A stretch of 63,933 nucleotides of DNA, the filler included, from Thraustochytrium aureum (lineage: Eukaryota), in the NCBI GenBank assembly GCA_012862495.1. It is 7 parts of 5 records of this genome, joined end to end, with 100 filler letters (N's around TTAATTAATTAA, not from the genome) between each part and the next. Parts side by side here need not be neighbours in the genome. Positions count along the whole stretch, not along the records: positions 1 to 28,521 come from BLSG01000152.1; 6 more parts are not named here. One strand, 5' to 3'. A model generated the notes under the pieces. That model made no database searches. It was given only the letters and a program-made list of their open reading frames with translations, and had not been told where the DNA came from. The position numbers and the translations under genes are program-made. Shown here piece after piece: positions 11,150-22,103 of this stretch. Position 1 is the first letter of the stretch; each line of letters begins with the position of its first letter.

Positions 11150-12628
11150 ATGGACGCCATGGAGAGAGCGGCAAAGATGATCGAAGACTCGAACAGCAGA
11201 ATGCTAAGCGTGCTAGAGGACCGCGTGCACGAAGCGCAGGGTCGGCTTGCTCAGGTGTCCGAGACGAAAGAGGCGATGGGGGTGACGTTGTTCGGCCTCG
11301 AACAGGACGTAACCCGGCTGCGCACGCAGCTCCAGGCAAGCGAAGAGCGCGCGCGCTTTTCTGAAAAAGAAAGGGAAGTGGCAGAAAGCCGTGCAGCATC
11401 GCAAGACCGCGAGCTGCGCGAGGCGAAGAAGGCCCAAGAAGGGCTCGCCAGGAGCCTTGCCAGCAAAGAGGCAGAGCTCGCTCGCACGCGCGAGCAAGCC
11501 GAGCTGCTGCGCGAGGCAAGCCGGACACTGAAAGTCGGGTTGAAGACCCACAAGATGAGCGAAAGCTCAGCGCAGCGCGAAATGGAGCTCGTCGGACTGG
11601 AGCTTCGGCAGGAGCGTGAAGACAAAGACAAGTTGGCCAAGGACCTGGGCAAGCTTCGCGAGGAACACGAGCGGACCCAGGAGCAGCTGCGGCTTCAAGA
11701 ACACGAGACCAAAGTGGCACAGCGGCAGCTTGACAAGGTGGTCGACGAGATGCACGTCATGGCCGCCTCCAAAGCTGTCATGCAAAAGCAGTGGCAAACT
11801 GCCCTCGTCGCGATGAACAAGCGCGACAGGGTCCTCGAGGAAAGCGAAAAGCGCCAGGCAGAAATGGCAGCTGAACTTGAAGCAGAGAGGAGAGCCGGCG
11901 GGGGCGCAGCGGGGTCAATTCAAAGCCTGGAACGCATAGCTGAGGAGGAACGCGCAAAGCGGTTTGAAATCGAGTGTTCGTGCAACCGCCTGGAGACGCA
12001 ACTCAAACACGCTCGGGACCAAAACGACTTGCTCAAGAGCGAGCTCGAGCACCATGTCAGCGGCGAACGAAAGGCAGCTTCTCGCACTGAAGAGGCCCAG
12101 AAAAGGGAGGCCCACTTGAAGGTTTTGTACGCAGCGGAGCAGCGGCGGGCGGAAGATGCACTGAACGCCATGCAGAGGGCCCAAGAAGAAGCCGCGCAGC
12201 TGCGAGCCGAAATGAACGTAGTCCGAGACGAGGCCCGGGCTGTTGCTGCTCGCAACGCTCTCGAAATCGACGCCGTTGAGCGGCGCGCCGAAACAGCCCA
12301 CGTCTCGTCCGAAAACGCAGCGAATCGAGCTGTCCTGGAGTGCATTGAACTGAAGCACAAGATCGTCGAGCTGGAAAAGGCTCTGGCGACGGCGGCGTCA
12401 CGAGCAGATGCTGCCGTCAAGGAGCAGCAGACCATGGTTGAAAAGGTGGCAAAGCTGGAGCTTGGCGAACTCCGGCAACAGAACGTGATTAACAGGCTCA
12501 AGGCAGCGAAAGCCGACGCCAGCCCTTCGAGTAATGGCAAAGGCGGCCCCGCTGGAGGCGAAGGGCACGCCGCAAAACAGAGCGTTGGGCTGAGCGTGGT
12601 GTGGAGGGGGATCGAATGGCCAAGCTCC
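11150..12628 (+). CDS. CCDC40/FAP172-like axonemal coiled-coil protein (3' end in gap)
   Basis: Long heptad coiled coil. EAMGVTLFGLEQDVTRL and KAVMQKQWQTALVAMNKRDRVL resemble conserved CCDC40 blocks as I recall them. Confidence 0.6.
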
Positions 12629-13573
12629 NNNNNNNNNNNNNNNNNNNNNNNNNNNNNNNNNNNNNNNNNNNNNNNNNNNNNNNNNNNNNNNNNNNNNNNN
12701 NNNNNNNNNNNNNNNNNNNNNNNNNNNNNNNNNNNNNNNNNNNNNNNNNNNNNNNNNNNNNNNNNNNNNNNNNNNNNNNNNNNNNNNNNNNNNNNNNNNN
12801 NNNNNNNNNNNNNNNNNNNNNNNNNNNNNNNNNNNNNNNNNNNNNNNNNNNNNNNNNNNNNNNNNNNNNNNNNNNNNNNNNNNNNNNNNNNNNNNNNNNN
12901 NNNNNNNNNNNNNNNNNNNNNNNNNNNNNNNNNNNNNNNNNNNNNNNNNNNNNNNNNNNNNNNNNNNNNNNNNNNNNNNNNNNNNNNNNNNNNNNNNNNN
13001 NNNNNNNNNNNNNNNNNNNNNNNNNNNNNNNNNNNNNNNNNNNNNNNNNNNNNNNNNNNNNNNNNNNNNNNNNNNNNNNNNNNNNNNNNNNNNNNNNNNN
13101 NNNNNNNNNNNNNNNNNNNNNNNNNNNNNNNNNNNNNNNNNNNNNNNNNNNNNNNNNNNNNNNNNNNNNNNNNNNNNNNNNNNNNNNNNNNNNNNNNNNN
13201 NNNNNNNNNNNNNNNNNNNNNNNNNNNNNNNNNNNNNNNNNNNNNNNNNNNNNNNNNNNNNNNNNNNNNNNNNNNNNNNNNNNNNNNNNNNNNNNNNNNN
13301 NNNNNNNNNNNNNNNNNNNNNNNNNNNNNNNNNNNNNNNNNNNNNNNNNNNNNNNNNNNNNNNNNNNNNNNNNNNNNNNNNNNNNNNNNNNNNNNNNNNN
13401 NNNNNNNNNNNNNNNNNNNNNNNNNNNNNNNNNNNNNNNNNNNNNNNNNNNNNNNNNNNNNNNNNNNNNNNNNNNNNNNNNNNNNNNNNNNNNNNNNNNN
13501 NNNNNNNNNNNNNNNNNNNNNNNNNNNNNNNNNNNNNNNNNNNNNNNNNNNNNNNNNNNNNNNNNNNNNNGAG

Positions 13574-15727
13574 CTACCCAGGCGCTTGGCCTTTGAGGAG
13601 GCTTTCGTATCCTGCTTTGACACGATCGGCGAAGGCGGACAGCGCTTTGCTCCGGCGAAGAGGCATTGGGTTTGCGATCCGCAAGAACCGGTGCCTGCGC
13701 GTGCGGGGTGGGCGGACATCTGGCGGCGAACTTACGGCGGGTTGCTCGGTGCCATGCCTTGGAGTGGAGGATGAGACCGTGACGCTCTCGAGGGGCCGGC
13801 CCAGTGAAGACTCGTCGAGCTCTATTCGGATCCAATCGTCTTGCTCGTCGCCGTCGTCAAATGTTTCAGTATCAACACAGAAACCCTCCTGAACCTCCTG
13901 AGCCGCATTCGCAAGTGGCGTATCGGGCAGCGCCACGCCTGTGACCTGTGTGCGCAGCTGGCTCTGGATGCGACGGCGCGTCTCCACTTCCTTCTCGTGC
14001 AACTGACTCGCGCGGTACATGAGCGCGGCGACGCGGTCTTCGTCGAGGTCGGGCAAGCGGCGGACCGCGGCGAGCATGTCGGTTGCATCCTCGCTTTCCA
14101 GCAACGCCTTGCGCGTCTCCGGTTCGGTGAGCAAGGCAACGCAGGCGGCGTCAAGCAGCGCAAAGTCCGTCGGCGTTTGGGCAATCACCGCATCCCACAC
14201 GAGCAAGAGCTGCGGCATCGCAATCTCACGAGCCAGCATGACACGGATCCAACGGATGAGAAACATGCGCGGCTCGATGCCAGCAGCGTGGAGGCTTGCA
14301 GCGAGCTCGGGGTCGGCTCGCTGCAACAGGTTGTGCTGGATACGTTCGAGGCGTTGCGGCAGCGACCAAGCTTCCTCCAAGCCACCCCGGCCAATCAGAG
14401 GACGTGCATGCGCAGCTGCGCCGGGATCGAACGCGGGAAGGAGGACGTTGAAAACCTTGTCCATAATAATGTACGCGTCCTCTTCAAGGTGGTCCTGGAC
14501 TAGGAGCTCTCGCGCTGGGACCGGCAGGGCGCCTTGTACGCTGTCCTCGGTCTCGATTCGGCCGGTCGCGGCGCCTTGTTGGGTGTACTCGAGCATGAGA
14601 ACGACGAGAATAACCGCGAGTAGCTCGTTCATGCCTTGTCGGTACCCGATTGCGTCGTTCTCGCGGGCCCACACGAGAAGGAGGCGCAGCATGACTTGCT
14701 TGAGCGGCTCTGGCGCCCCGCTTTCGCCTCTGCCGCTGCTGCTGGGGTTTTCGGAGGAGGTCCAGATAGAGGCGTTTGGAATTCGAGTGCGGTCAAGATC
14801 TTTCATGATCTCTGCCTCGGCGGCCTGGTTGGCAGCAAGACGCATATGGAGTTGGTGCACCGCCTGCTCGTGGCGGGCGATTTCGTCCGCTGTGCGCTGG
14901 GACAGCTCTATAAGCTCGCGCTCGACGGCCTCGCGCGTGAGGAAGTGCGCAGTTTTCAGCTTGTGGTACTCGCGGCGCTGTTGTTGCGCGTGTGCGGTCC
15001 AGCGCGCGGTGTCAGCGGGGAGCAAGCCGAGGAGGCGCCTCCAGCACAGCGACCGGAGCTGCGACTGCCACAAGGCGCCGCACAAGACCCGCTCTCGCAG
15101 CAAGCTTTCAGAGACTTGGTCGCCGAAAAAGTACTGGAATTGTGCCTCGGCAGGTAGCGGCGCTCGAGCTGGGCCGGGCCCTAGTCCTGCTTCTCGCACG
15201 GCCACTCGGCCTATGTGCACTTGTGAGGCGCTTTGGCAGTCGTCTGAGGAGCGGCGCTCGGCAAGACCAGCCGCTGGTGGGCAGTGCAGGGACTGAACGT
15301 GGTCGAGAATGCCCACTAGCCACTCGTCGCGCTTGGCTGGTGCGTCGAAGCGGAGCACCCAGCGCGGTAGATTGCGATCCAACGGCGCTATTTGGATGGC
15401 AAGCTCGCCCAAGCGAGCAATCGCGGCCTCGCAGAGGTGCAGAGCTGCGCGTGGTGGCTGGCGGTCGGCTCGCTTTCCCTCGGCGAGACGCTCCAAAACG
15501 GGCCCAGCGAGCCTGAACGCGGCTTTGGACCAGCACGCGTCCAGGACTTGCTCGGTGCCAGGCAGTTGCTCGCTCCACTCCGCAACCCAGAGCTCTGGCG
15601 GGCCTCCAGGAGGGGATGCGGCAGTCGATCCGGTCGCGTGGTCAGCGCGAGCCGGTCGCCCGACATTGCGCCCCCGGCCGCGCCGGCGCGGCCCTAGAAG
15701 CGGTGCGGGCCGCACCCAGTCCAACAC
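13574..15727 (-). CDS. TBC-domain Rab GTPase-activating protein (TBC1D5-like) with a possible N-terminal PH-like segment; start uncertain
   Basis: LRSLCWRRLLGLLP, IMKDLDRT (Arg finger), IGYRQGMNELLAVI (Gln finger) and GIEPRMFLIRWIRVMLAREI..LLLVWD. Confidence 0.9.
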   Translation of the reverse strand: MLDWVRPAPLLGPRRRGRGRNVGRPARADHATGSTAASPPGGPPELWVAEWSEQLPGTEQVLDACWSKAAFRLAGPVLERLAEGKRADRQPPRAALHLCEAAIARLGELAIQIAPLDRNLPRWVLRFDAPAKRDEWLVGILDHVQSLHCPPAAGLAERRSSDDCQSASQVHIGRVAVREAGLGPGPARAPLPAEAQFQYFFGDQVSESLLRERVLCGALWQSQLRSLCWRRLLGLLPADTARWTAHAQQQRREYHKLKTAHFLTREAVERELIELSQRTADEIARHEQAVHQLHMRLAANQAAEAEIMKDLDRTRIPNASIWTSSENPSSSGRGESGAPEPLKQVMLRLLLVWARENDAIGYRQGMNELLAVILVVLMLEYTQQGAATGRIETEDSVQGALPVPARELLVQDHLEEDAYIIMDKVFNVLLPAFDPGAAAHARPLIGRGGLEEAWSLPQRLERIQHNLLQRADPELAASLHAAGIEPRMFLIRWIRVMLAREIAMPQLLLVWDAVIAQTPTDFALLDAACVALLTEPETRKALLESEDATDMLAAVRRLPDLDEDRVAALMYRASQLHEKEVETRRRIQSQLRTQVTGVALPDTPLANAAQEVQEGFCVDTETFDDGDEQDDWIRIELDESSLGRPLESVTVSSSTPRHGTEQPAVSSPPDVRPPRTRRHRFLRIANPMPLRRSKALSAFADRVKAGYESLLKGQAPG

Positions 15728-16264
15728 CTAGCACAACCTCGTCAGCGGCCTGCGCGGCCGGGGCAAGGCGCGAGGGCTCCAGAGTCCTGGGCAACGGGCT
15801 GGCCGTGCGAGGCTGGGGTCTGCTTGCTTGCAGTGTACTCGCATACCGAGTACTAGCAGGTAGTTGCTGGGACTCGGACGCAACAACGACTGTGGGAGAC
15901 AACAGAGCGAGAGTCGGCTCGCCGGTCGGGCTGCCGCCGCGCGAGGAGACAAGTCCTGTCTGCTCTGTTCTTGCTGAAAGCGAACGGCGGCGCGTGGACC
16001 CGTTTGCCCATCAGCCCAGCAACTGGCACGACGAAGACATCGGTTTCTTTCTGTTGGTTACACAATCTGCCTTGCTTCTCCGCAGACNNNNNNNNNNNNN
16101 NNNNNNNNNNNNNNNNNNNNNNNNNNNNNNNNNNNNNNNNNNNNNNNNNNNNNNNNNNNNNNNNNNNNNNNNNNNNNNNNNNNNNNNNNNNNNNNNNNNN
16201 NNNNNNNNNNNGCCTTGCTTCTCCGCAGACAACCGGCTACAAGAATGCGGAGCTGCCCAGTGAA

Positions 16265-17731
16265 CTATACAGCCGCGGCAAGCGTCCTTTCTTGCAAAAG
16301 CGGCGAGAAGAACTTGGAGCGCAAAAATCGCGGAAACGAGTCCGCCTCAATGAGGACGCAGACGGCAATGTCCGCCGCGTCGAAGAGGTCGAGCGGCGGT
16401 TTTTGGCCTGTTGATCGGGCGTGCTCGTAGCTCTTGATGACCGCATCCTGCATGGCGAAGGAGATGTTGACCTGCAACATGGAGCCGCTGGCCACGAACG
16501 CTTCGACGATCTCGCCCGCCTGGCCCTCGCAGGTTGGCGCGTCTATCGCGTCCCAGGTACGCTTGTACGCGGCGACCGCGTCGTGAAAGTAGATGTTTTC
16601 GCTCGAAAACTCGGTGACGAGGTAACTCGTGAAGGCCGCCTTGGCCTCGGCGCTGTCCATAACCGCGTCGAAAGTGATGGCAGTGGAGAACTTGGAGTTG
16701 CCGCCGCCCCGGCGAAAGGTCGAGAGGACCGGCCGCGCACATGTGAAGTGCACGATGGCAATGACGCTAACAGAGACCAAGTACATGTAGTCCAGCTTGC
16801 CCTCCGCCCGAAGCTGGCCCGGGTCGATCGACGCGAGCAGCATGCCAAGGACTGCGATGGCACCGAACAGGAGGCAGAGCTTGAGCTCGGCGAGAATGTT
16901 TAGCGGGTCGGGGACCTTTGCGGCGTTGATGCGGCGAAGGGAAACGAATGCGCCGCCAACCACAAGGGCGAGCACCGCCACGAGGAAGTAGATGTCAGAA
17001 CCTGACATGGCGCAGCCGTAGCACCCTTTGCCTCCGTAGGGGGAGTCGGCCTCGAAGTACTGAAATGCCACAGTAATGAGGCCCATGAGGAAGAAGATGC
17101 TGAAAATTGCGCCGCTGTAAAATCGGCTCGTAGCCACGAAGTGAAGAGCAAGCGTTGCGGAGTCCGAGGAGGCGGTCCCGTCTGTGCCCTCCGACGCGAC
17201 AGACTCCGAGCGATCCCGATCTTCCGCAGCGTCCTTGGGACGGTGCGTCACAGCTCTCTTGGAGGACTTGGCAAAAGTCCACTTGATAAGAGCACGGAGC
17301 TCGGTGCCAAAGGACGCGCGGCGGAACTTGTGCTCGATCTTGCCGTTCCCAGTGTCCTTGCTCGCCGCCTTGCGGTAGTACATGGCCCGATGGTAGAAAA
17401 CGACGAGGCGCACCACGAGCGGGCCGGCGGCGAGTGGGACAACAAAAAACACGGTCCACGCGTGCACATCGCAGGGCAACGCGTTGACGCCCGCGTAGTT
17501 GACCCAGCATGTCGTCAGCAGCTGAAAGTAGCACCCGACCATCGTTACAAGCATGTACCTGCCATCGCGCTTGACGAGCTCGAAGCGGTGGCGCCGCGCG
17601 ACCCACAGCAAGAGGAACGTGGAAAAGTACGCCGTTCCAAATGCGAACAGCACCAGGCCGATCACGCGCTGGTTGTCCTCAAACTCCTCGAAAGGCTCTG
17701 GGCAGATCGTGGTGGCATTCCCGCTTGCCAT
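16265..17731 (-). CDS. 7TM-RGS protein (seven TM helices plus C-terminal regulator of G-protein signalling domain), copy 1
   Basis: ATG at 17731 (MASGNATTICPEP), then 7 hydrophobic helices. RGS box: FTSYLVTEFSSENIYFHDAV..EIVEAFVASGSMLQVNIS..LFDAA..LIEADSFPRFLRSKFF. Confidence 0.92.
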   Translation of the reverse strand: MASGNATTICPEPFEEFEDNQRVIGLVLFAFGTAYFSTFLLLWVARRHRFELVKRDGRYMLVTMVGCYFQLLTTCWVNYAGVNALPCDVHAWTVFFVVPLAAGPLVVRLVVFYHRAMYYRKAASKDTGNGKIEHKFRRASFGTELRALIKWTFAKSSKRAVTHRPKDAAEDRDRSESVASEGTDGTASSDSATLALHFVATSRFYSGAIFSIFFLMGLITVAFQYFEADSPYGGKGCYGCAMSGSDIYFLVAVLALVVGGAFVSLRRINAAKVPDPLNILAELKLCLLFGAIAVLGMLLASIDPGQLRAEGKLDYMYLVSVSVIAIVHFTCARPVLSTFRRGGGNSKFSTAITFDAVMDSAEAKAAFTSYLVTEFSSENIYFHDAVAAYKRTWDAIDAPTCEGQAGEIVEAFVASGSMLQVNISFAMQDAVIKSYEHARSTGQKPPLDLFDAADIAVCVLIEADSFPRFLRSKFFSPLLQERTLAAAV

Positions 17732-19230
17732 CGCGCGTTGGAAGCCGCCTGGGGGCTCGCCCGAGCAGCTCTGCAGCGCTGCAGGCTCTACAACCTGCTG
17801 CAGCGGGCGCCCGGAAAGCCAGCCGACAGTCGGCCTCGTGCCGACGCACAGGCGGGAGCGTTTGGCGGTCCTGTCCACGCCGCGCCGAGCGAAGAGGTTG
17901 TGGGACTGGCTGGCAAGTCACCAACCGTGCTCGCTCGCGGCCTCGCACGAGAGTAGAGTACGAGTAGATTTCTCGCACAATCCCTTGCGAGCCACCTCTT
18001 TTGTGGCCCTCCAAGTGTGCGTGGTGCACTGCTCTTGCCATCGCGCTCAAGTGCGCCACTGGCTTGACAAAAACGCGGTGATGAATGTGTGAGCCTGATG
18101 ATCATGCGTCGGCAGGCGCATCGAGAGTGGAGACGTCCGTCGGTGCAACAAATGCAGCCAGCTCCAGTCTGCCAGTCTTGTCCACTGCCAGCACCACCCA
18201 GACCAGGCGGGAGCACAAACGCGGCAGCCGGGCGGCGGAAGAGAGCCGTGCTGCGTACTCCGTGCCCTTCCGAATGGAATGGACTTGTCCACATTCAAGT
18301 TGTGTTTGGGGTGAGCCTGAGACGAGAATGTATGCCGAGTTCCCCTCCCTCAAAAGGCCCGGGCCGCCGCCACCAATGACCAGTAAATGACCAATGGGCA
18401 GTCAATGTCGTCGGCACGACCCACGCCAGGCGTGCAGATGGCTGCGAAACAGAGAGAGAGAGAAACGAGTGATCCTGCCGTTGAAAGCAATGAAATGGAA
18501 ATCCCACCGCCACAACCCTCGTTCACACGTGCGCCGGCAGCCACCACAATCCGCTCTGCAATTCGCTCTTGGTGGGCGAGGCGAGCCCCAGATTAGGCTG
18601 GGTAGGAGCAGGTAGAGTTAGGTATGTAGCCTNNNNNNNNNNNNNNNNNNNNNNNNNNNNNNNNNNNNNNNNNNNNNNNNNNNNNNNNNNNNNNNNNNNN
18701 NNNNNNNNNNNNNNNNNNNNNNNNNNNNNNNNNNNNNNNNNNNNNNNNNNNNNNNNNNNNNNNNNNNNNNNNNNNNNNNNNNNNNNNNNNNNNNNNNNNN
18801 NNNNNNNNNNNNNNNNNNNNNNNNNNNNNNNNNNNNNNNNNNNNNNNNNNNNNNNNNNNNNNNNNNNNNNNNNNNNNNNNNNNNNNNNNNNNNNNNNNNN
18901 NNNNNNNNNNNNNNNNNNNNNNNNNNNNNNNNNNNNNNNNNNNNNNNNNNNNNNNNNNNNNNNNNNNNNNNNNNNNNNNNNNNNNNNNNNNNNNNNNNNN
19001 NNNNNNNNNNNNNNNNNNNNNNNNNNNNNNNNNNNNNNNNNNNNNNNNNNNNNNNNNNNNNNNNNNNNNNNNNNNNNNNNNNNNNNNNNNNNNNNNNNNN
19101 NNNNNNNNNNNNNNNNNNNNNNNNNNNNNNNNNNNNNNNNNNNNNNNNNNNNNNNNNNNNNNNNNNNNNNNNNNNNNNNNNNNNNNNNNNNNAGTACGCC
19201 TTGGCCGAGTCGAGCGCCACCCAGCAGGTT

Positions 19231-20776
19231 TCAGGCCGTCTCGTGAAGCAGCATCGTCGAGAGAACAGAGCGCTTGACCTCCTGGAAGTACGGCGACTTT
19301 TTGAAACGCGGAAACGAGTCCGACTCCATAAGCAAGTGCACGCTGGCCAAAGCTTCGTCAAAGACCTCTGCCGGGGGCCGAGCGGAAGCAGAGGTACTCG
19401 ACGCAAGCTTGCTGATGACCTCGCGCCTACAGGCGTGCGATATGTTGACCTGGAGCATCGAGTTGTCATCGATGAAGGTCTCCTTGATCTCCTGCGCGAT
19501 TTCTCTGACGCGCGTGACCATGCCCTTCGAATGGGTGGCCTTGTACTGCGCCACAGCATCGTGAAAGCAAAGGTTCTCCAGACTGAACTCTGAGGCAAGG
19601 TATCGCCCCAGGGCAACCTTCGCGTCAGGGTTCTCGAGCACGTCGCTCAAGCGCAGTCGGTCTTCGTCGTCTTTCGAAATGCACAGCATGTACGTGTTGA
19701 GCACGGGCAAAGGGCACAGCACCGTGAAGAGGATGAGAGAAACAAAGGAGACGACGTACATCCAGTCGAACTCTTTGCTCTCGTTTCGAAGCCCGCCAGG
19801 GTCCACCGCGCTCACGACAGTAAACAAAGCAGCAAAAAGCCGCACAGGAGCGCGTTGCGAAGCTCGCGGGCGATGTGCAGGGGGTCCTCAATTTTCTCGC
19901 GCCTCAGCTTCCACAGGAAGACACCAGAAAACAAAACCACCACGAGCAGGACGGCAGCCATCAGGAACGAATCGACCAGGTCGAGCGCGCAGCCGTAGCA
20001 GCCCTTGCCATACGGAGAGTCGGTTTCGAGGTACTGCATCAGGATTGACAGCAGGCCCAAAAGCAGAAACCCCATCAGGATCGCCAGGCTGAACCAGAAC
20101 TTTTGTGCCAAGTACAGCGCCGCGATCGCGGAGTTGCGGTCCTCCGGGGCGCTCTTGCCTTGGGCCTTCCGCTTGCGCTTCAGCGTGCGCTGCATGTAGT
20201 CTTCCTCCTTGCGCACCGTGAAAGACCCGTCGTCCGAGACACCTGAATCGTAGTATCGAGTCTCCGCCACCGTGCTCTCAGTCGCAGTGCTGGCGTTGAC
20301 GCGCCGATCGCCGCTATTCACAAACCGGCCGAGGAGGGCGTACTGCACGAGGGCGTTCATCTCGCTCATGAGCGACTTGCGCCTGAACCGCCCGCCCATG
20401 ATCATAAACCCGCTGCCGTTGCTCTCCTTGCTCCCCTCGGACTTGATGTTCTCCATGACGATCAGCTTGTTGTACTTGGCCTTGTTGTAGAACAAGATAA
20501 TGCGCACGACGATGGGGCCAGCCACCATCGGCACAATCATGAAGACGGTGAACGCATGCACGTCGCACGGGAGGCTGTTATACCCCTGCCAGTTCACCCA
20601 GCCAGTCGTCAGGATCTGGAAATACACGCCAATCGCAGTCACCAACATGAGCCGCCCGTTGCGCTTTTGGATCGCGAACGCGTGGCGCCTGAAAAACCAC
20701 CAAATTAGCGATGCGGGGATGTACACTGACGCAAAATAGAACAACACCATGCCCAGCGTGCGTTGATGCTCGACCA
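19231..20776 (-). CDS. 7TM-RGS protein, copy 2 (5' end in gap; -1 frameshift at a T5 run near 19835)
   Basis: TM region paralogous to copy 1 (LPCDVHA, AGPIVVR, DSPYGKGCYGC, DPL.I..EL). RGS box: YLASEFSLENLCFHDAV..MLQVNIS..MESDSFPRFKKSPYF. Adding one T joins the two ORFs as ...LLCGFFAALFTVVSAVDPG. Confidence 0.9.
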
Positions 20777-21599
20777 NNNNNNNNNNNNNNNNNNNNNNNN
20801 NNNNNNNNNNNNNNNNNNNNNNNNNNNNNNNNNNNNNNNNNNNNNNNNNNNNNNNNNNNNNNNNNNNNNNNNNNNNNNNNNNNNNNNNNNNNNNNNNNNN
20901 NNNNNNNNNNNNNNNNNNNNNNNNNNNNNNNNNNNNNNNNNNNNNNNNNNNNNNNNNNNNNNNNNNNNNNNNNNNNNNNNNNNNNNNNNNNNNNNNNNNN
21001 NNNNNNNNNNNNNNNNNNNNNNNNNNNNNNNNNNNNNNNNNNNNNNNNNNNNNNNNNNNNNNNNNNNNNNNNNNNNNNNNNNNNNNNNNNNNNNNNNNNN
21101 NNNNNNNNNNNNNNNNNNNNNNNNNNNNNNNNNNNNNNNNNNNNNNNNNNNNNNNNNNNNNNNNNNNNNNNNNNNNNNNNNNNNNNNNNNNNNNNNNNNN
21201 NNNNNNNNNNNNNNNNNNNNNNNNNNNNNNNNNNNNNNNNNNNNNNNNNNNNNNNNNNNNNNNNNNNNNNNNNNNNNNNNNNNNNNNNNNNNNNNNNNNN
21301 NNNNNNNNNNNNNNNNNNNNNNNNNNNNNNNNNNNNNNNNNNNNNNNNNNNNNNNNNNNNNNNNNNNNNNNNNNNNNNNNNNNNNNNNNNNNNNNNNNNN
21401 NNNNNNNNNNNNNNNNNNNNNNNNNNNNNNNNNNNNNNNNNNNNNNNNNNNNNNNNNNNNNNNNNNNNNNNNNNNNNNNNNNNNNNNNNNNNNNNNNNNN
21501 NNNNNNNNNNNNNNNNNNNNNNNNNNNNNNNNNNNNNNNNNNNNNNNNNNNNNNNNNNNNNNNNNNNNNNNNNNNNNNNNNNNNNNNNNNNNNNNNNNN

Positions 21600-21752
21600 G
21601 CGATCACAAGGAGCTCGCGATCACAAGGAGCTCGCGATCACAATGAACTGGCGATCACAAGGAGCTCGCGATCACAAGGAGCTCGCGATCACAATGAACT
21701 GGCGATCACAAGGAGCTCGCGATCACAATGAACTGGCGATCACAATGAACTG
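21600..21752 (+). repeat. 17-bp minisatellite with two unit variants
   Basis: A=GCGATCACAAGGAGCTC, B=GCGATCACAATGAACTG; order AABAABABB. It abuts an N gap, so it is probably longer. Confidence 0.95.
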
Positions 21753-22103
21753 GCGAGCTTGTCCGGTGGATACGGCGCGGACTGGACAGATTGGGCCGCG
21801 CTCGCGCTTGCAGCACCTAAGGCGTGCTACTGCTATCGAGTGCAGTTGTGTGCTGCGCGTCTCAATTTTATGCCAATCCCAGCTCTGCATCGTCGCCGCG
21901 CCGCTCCAACGCGAGCGTCGCTGCTCCAAATCCTGTTTGGACTCCTGGCAGGCCAGCTGACATCCAAGGGCTGGCGCTCGATCGCGATCACCGAGCGAAC
22001 CAGCCTCGGCGAGCCCGGCTCGGCCAAGGGCGGAGGAGGGCCTGCGCTGCGTTTATAGCTTGCTGGGCAGACCGCAAGCCAGCACAGCCAGAAGCGCGAC
22101 AAG

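Noticed and set aside
21600..21752. Possible CRISPR-like array
   Set aside because: Units are 17 bp with only two recurring variants, there are no unique spacers or cas genes, and the context is eukaryotic.
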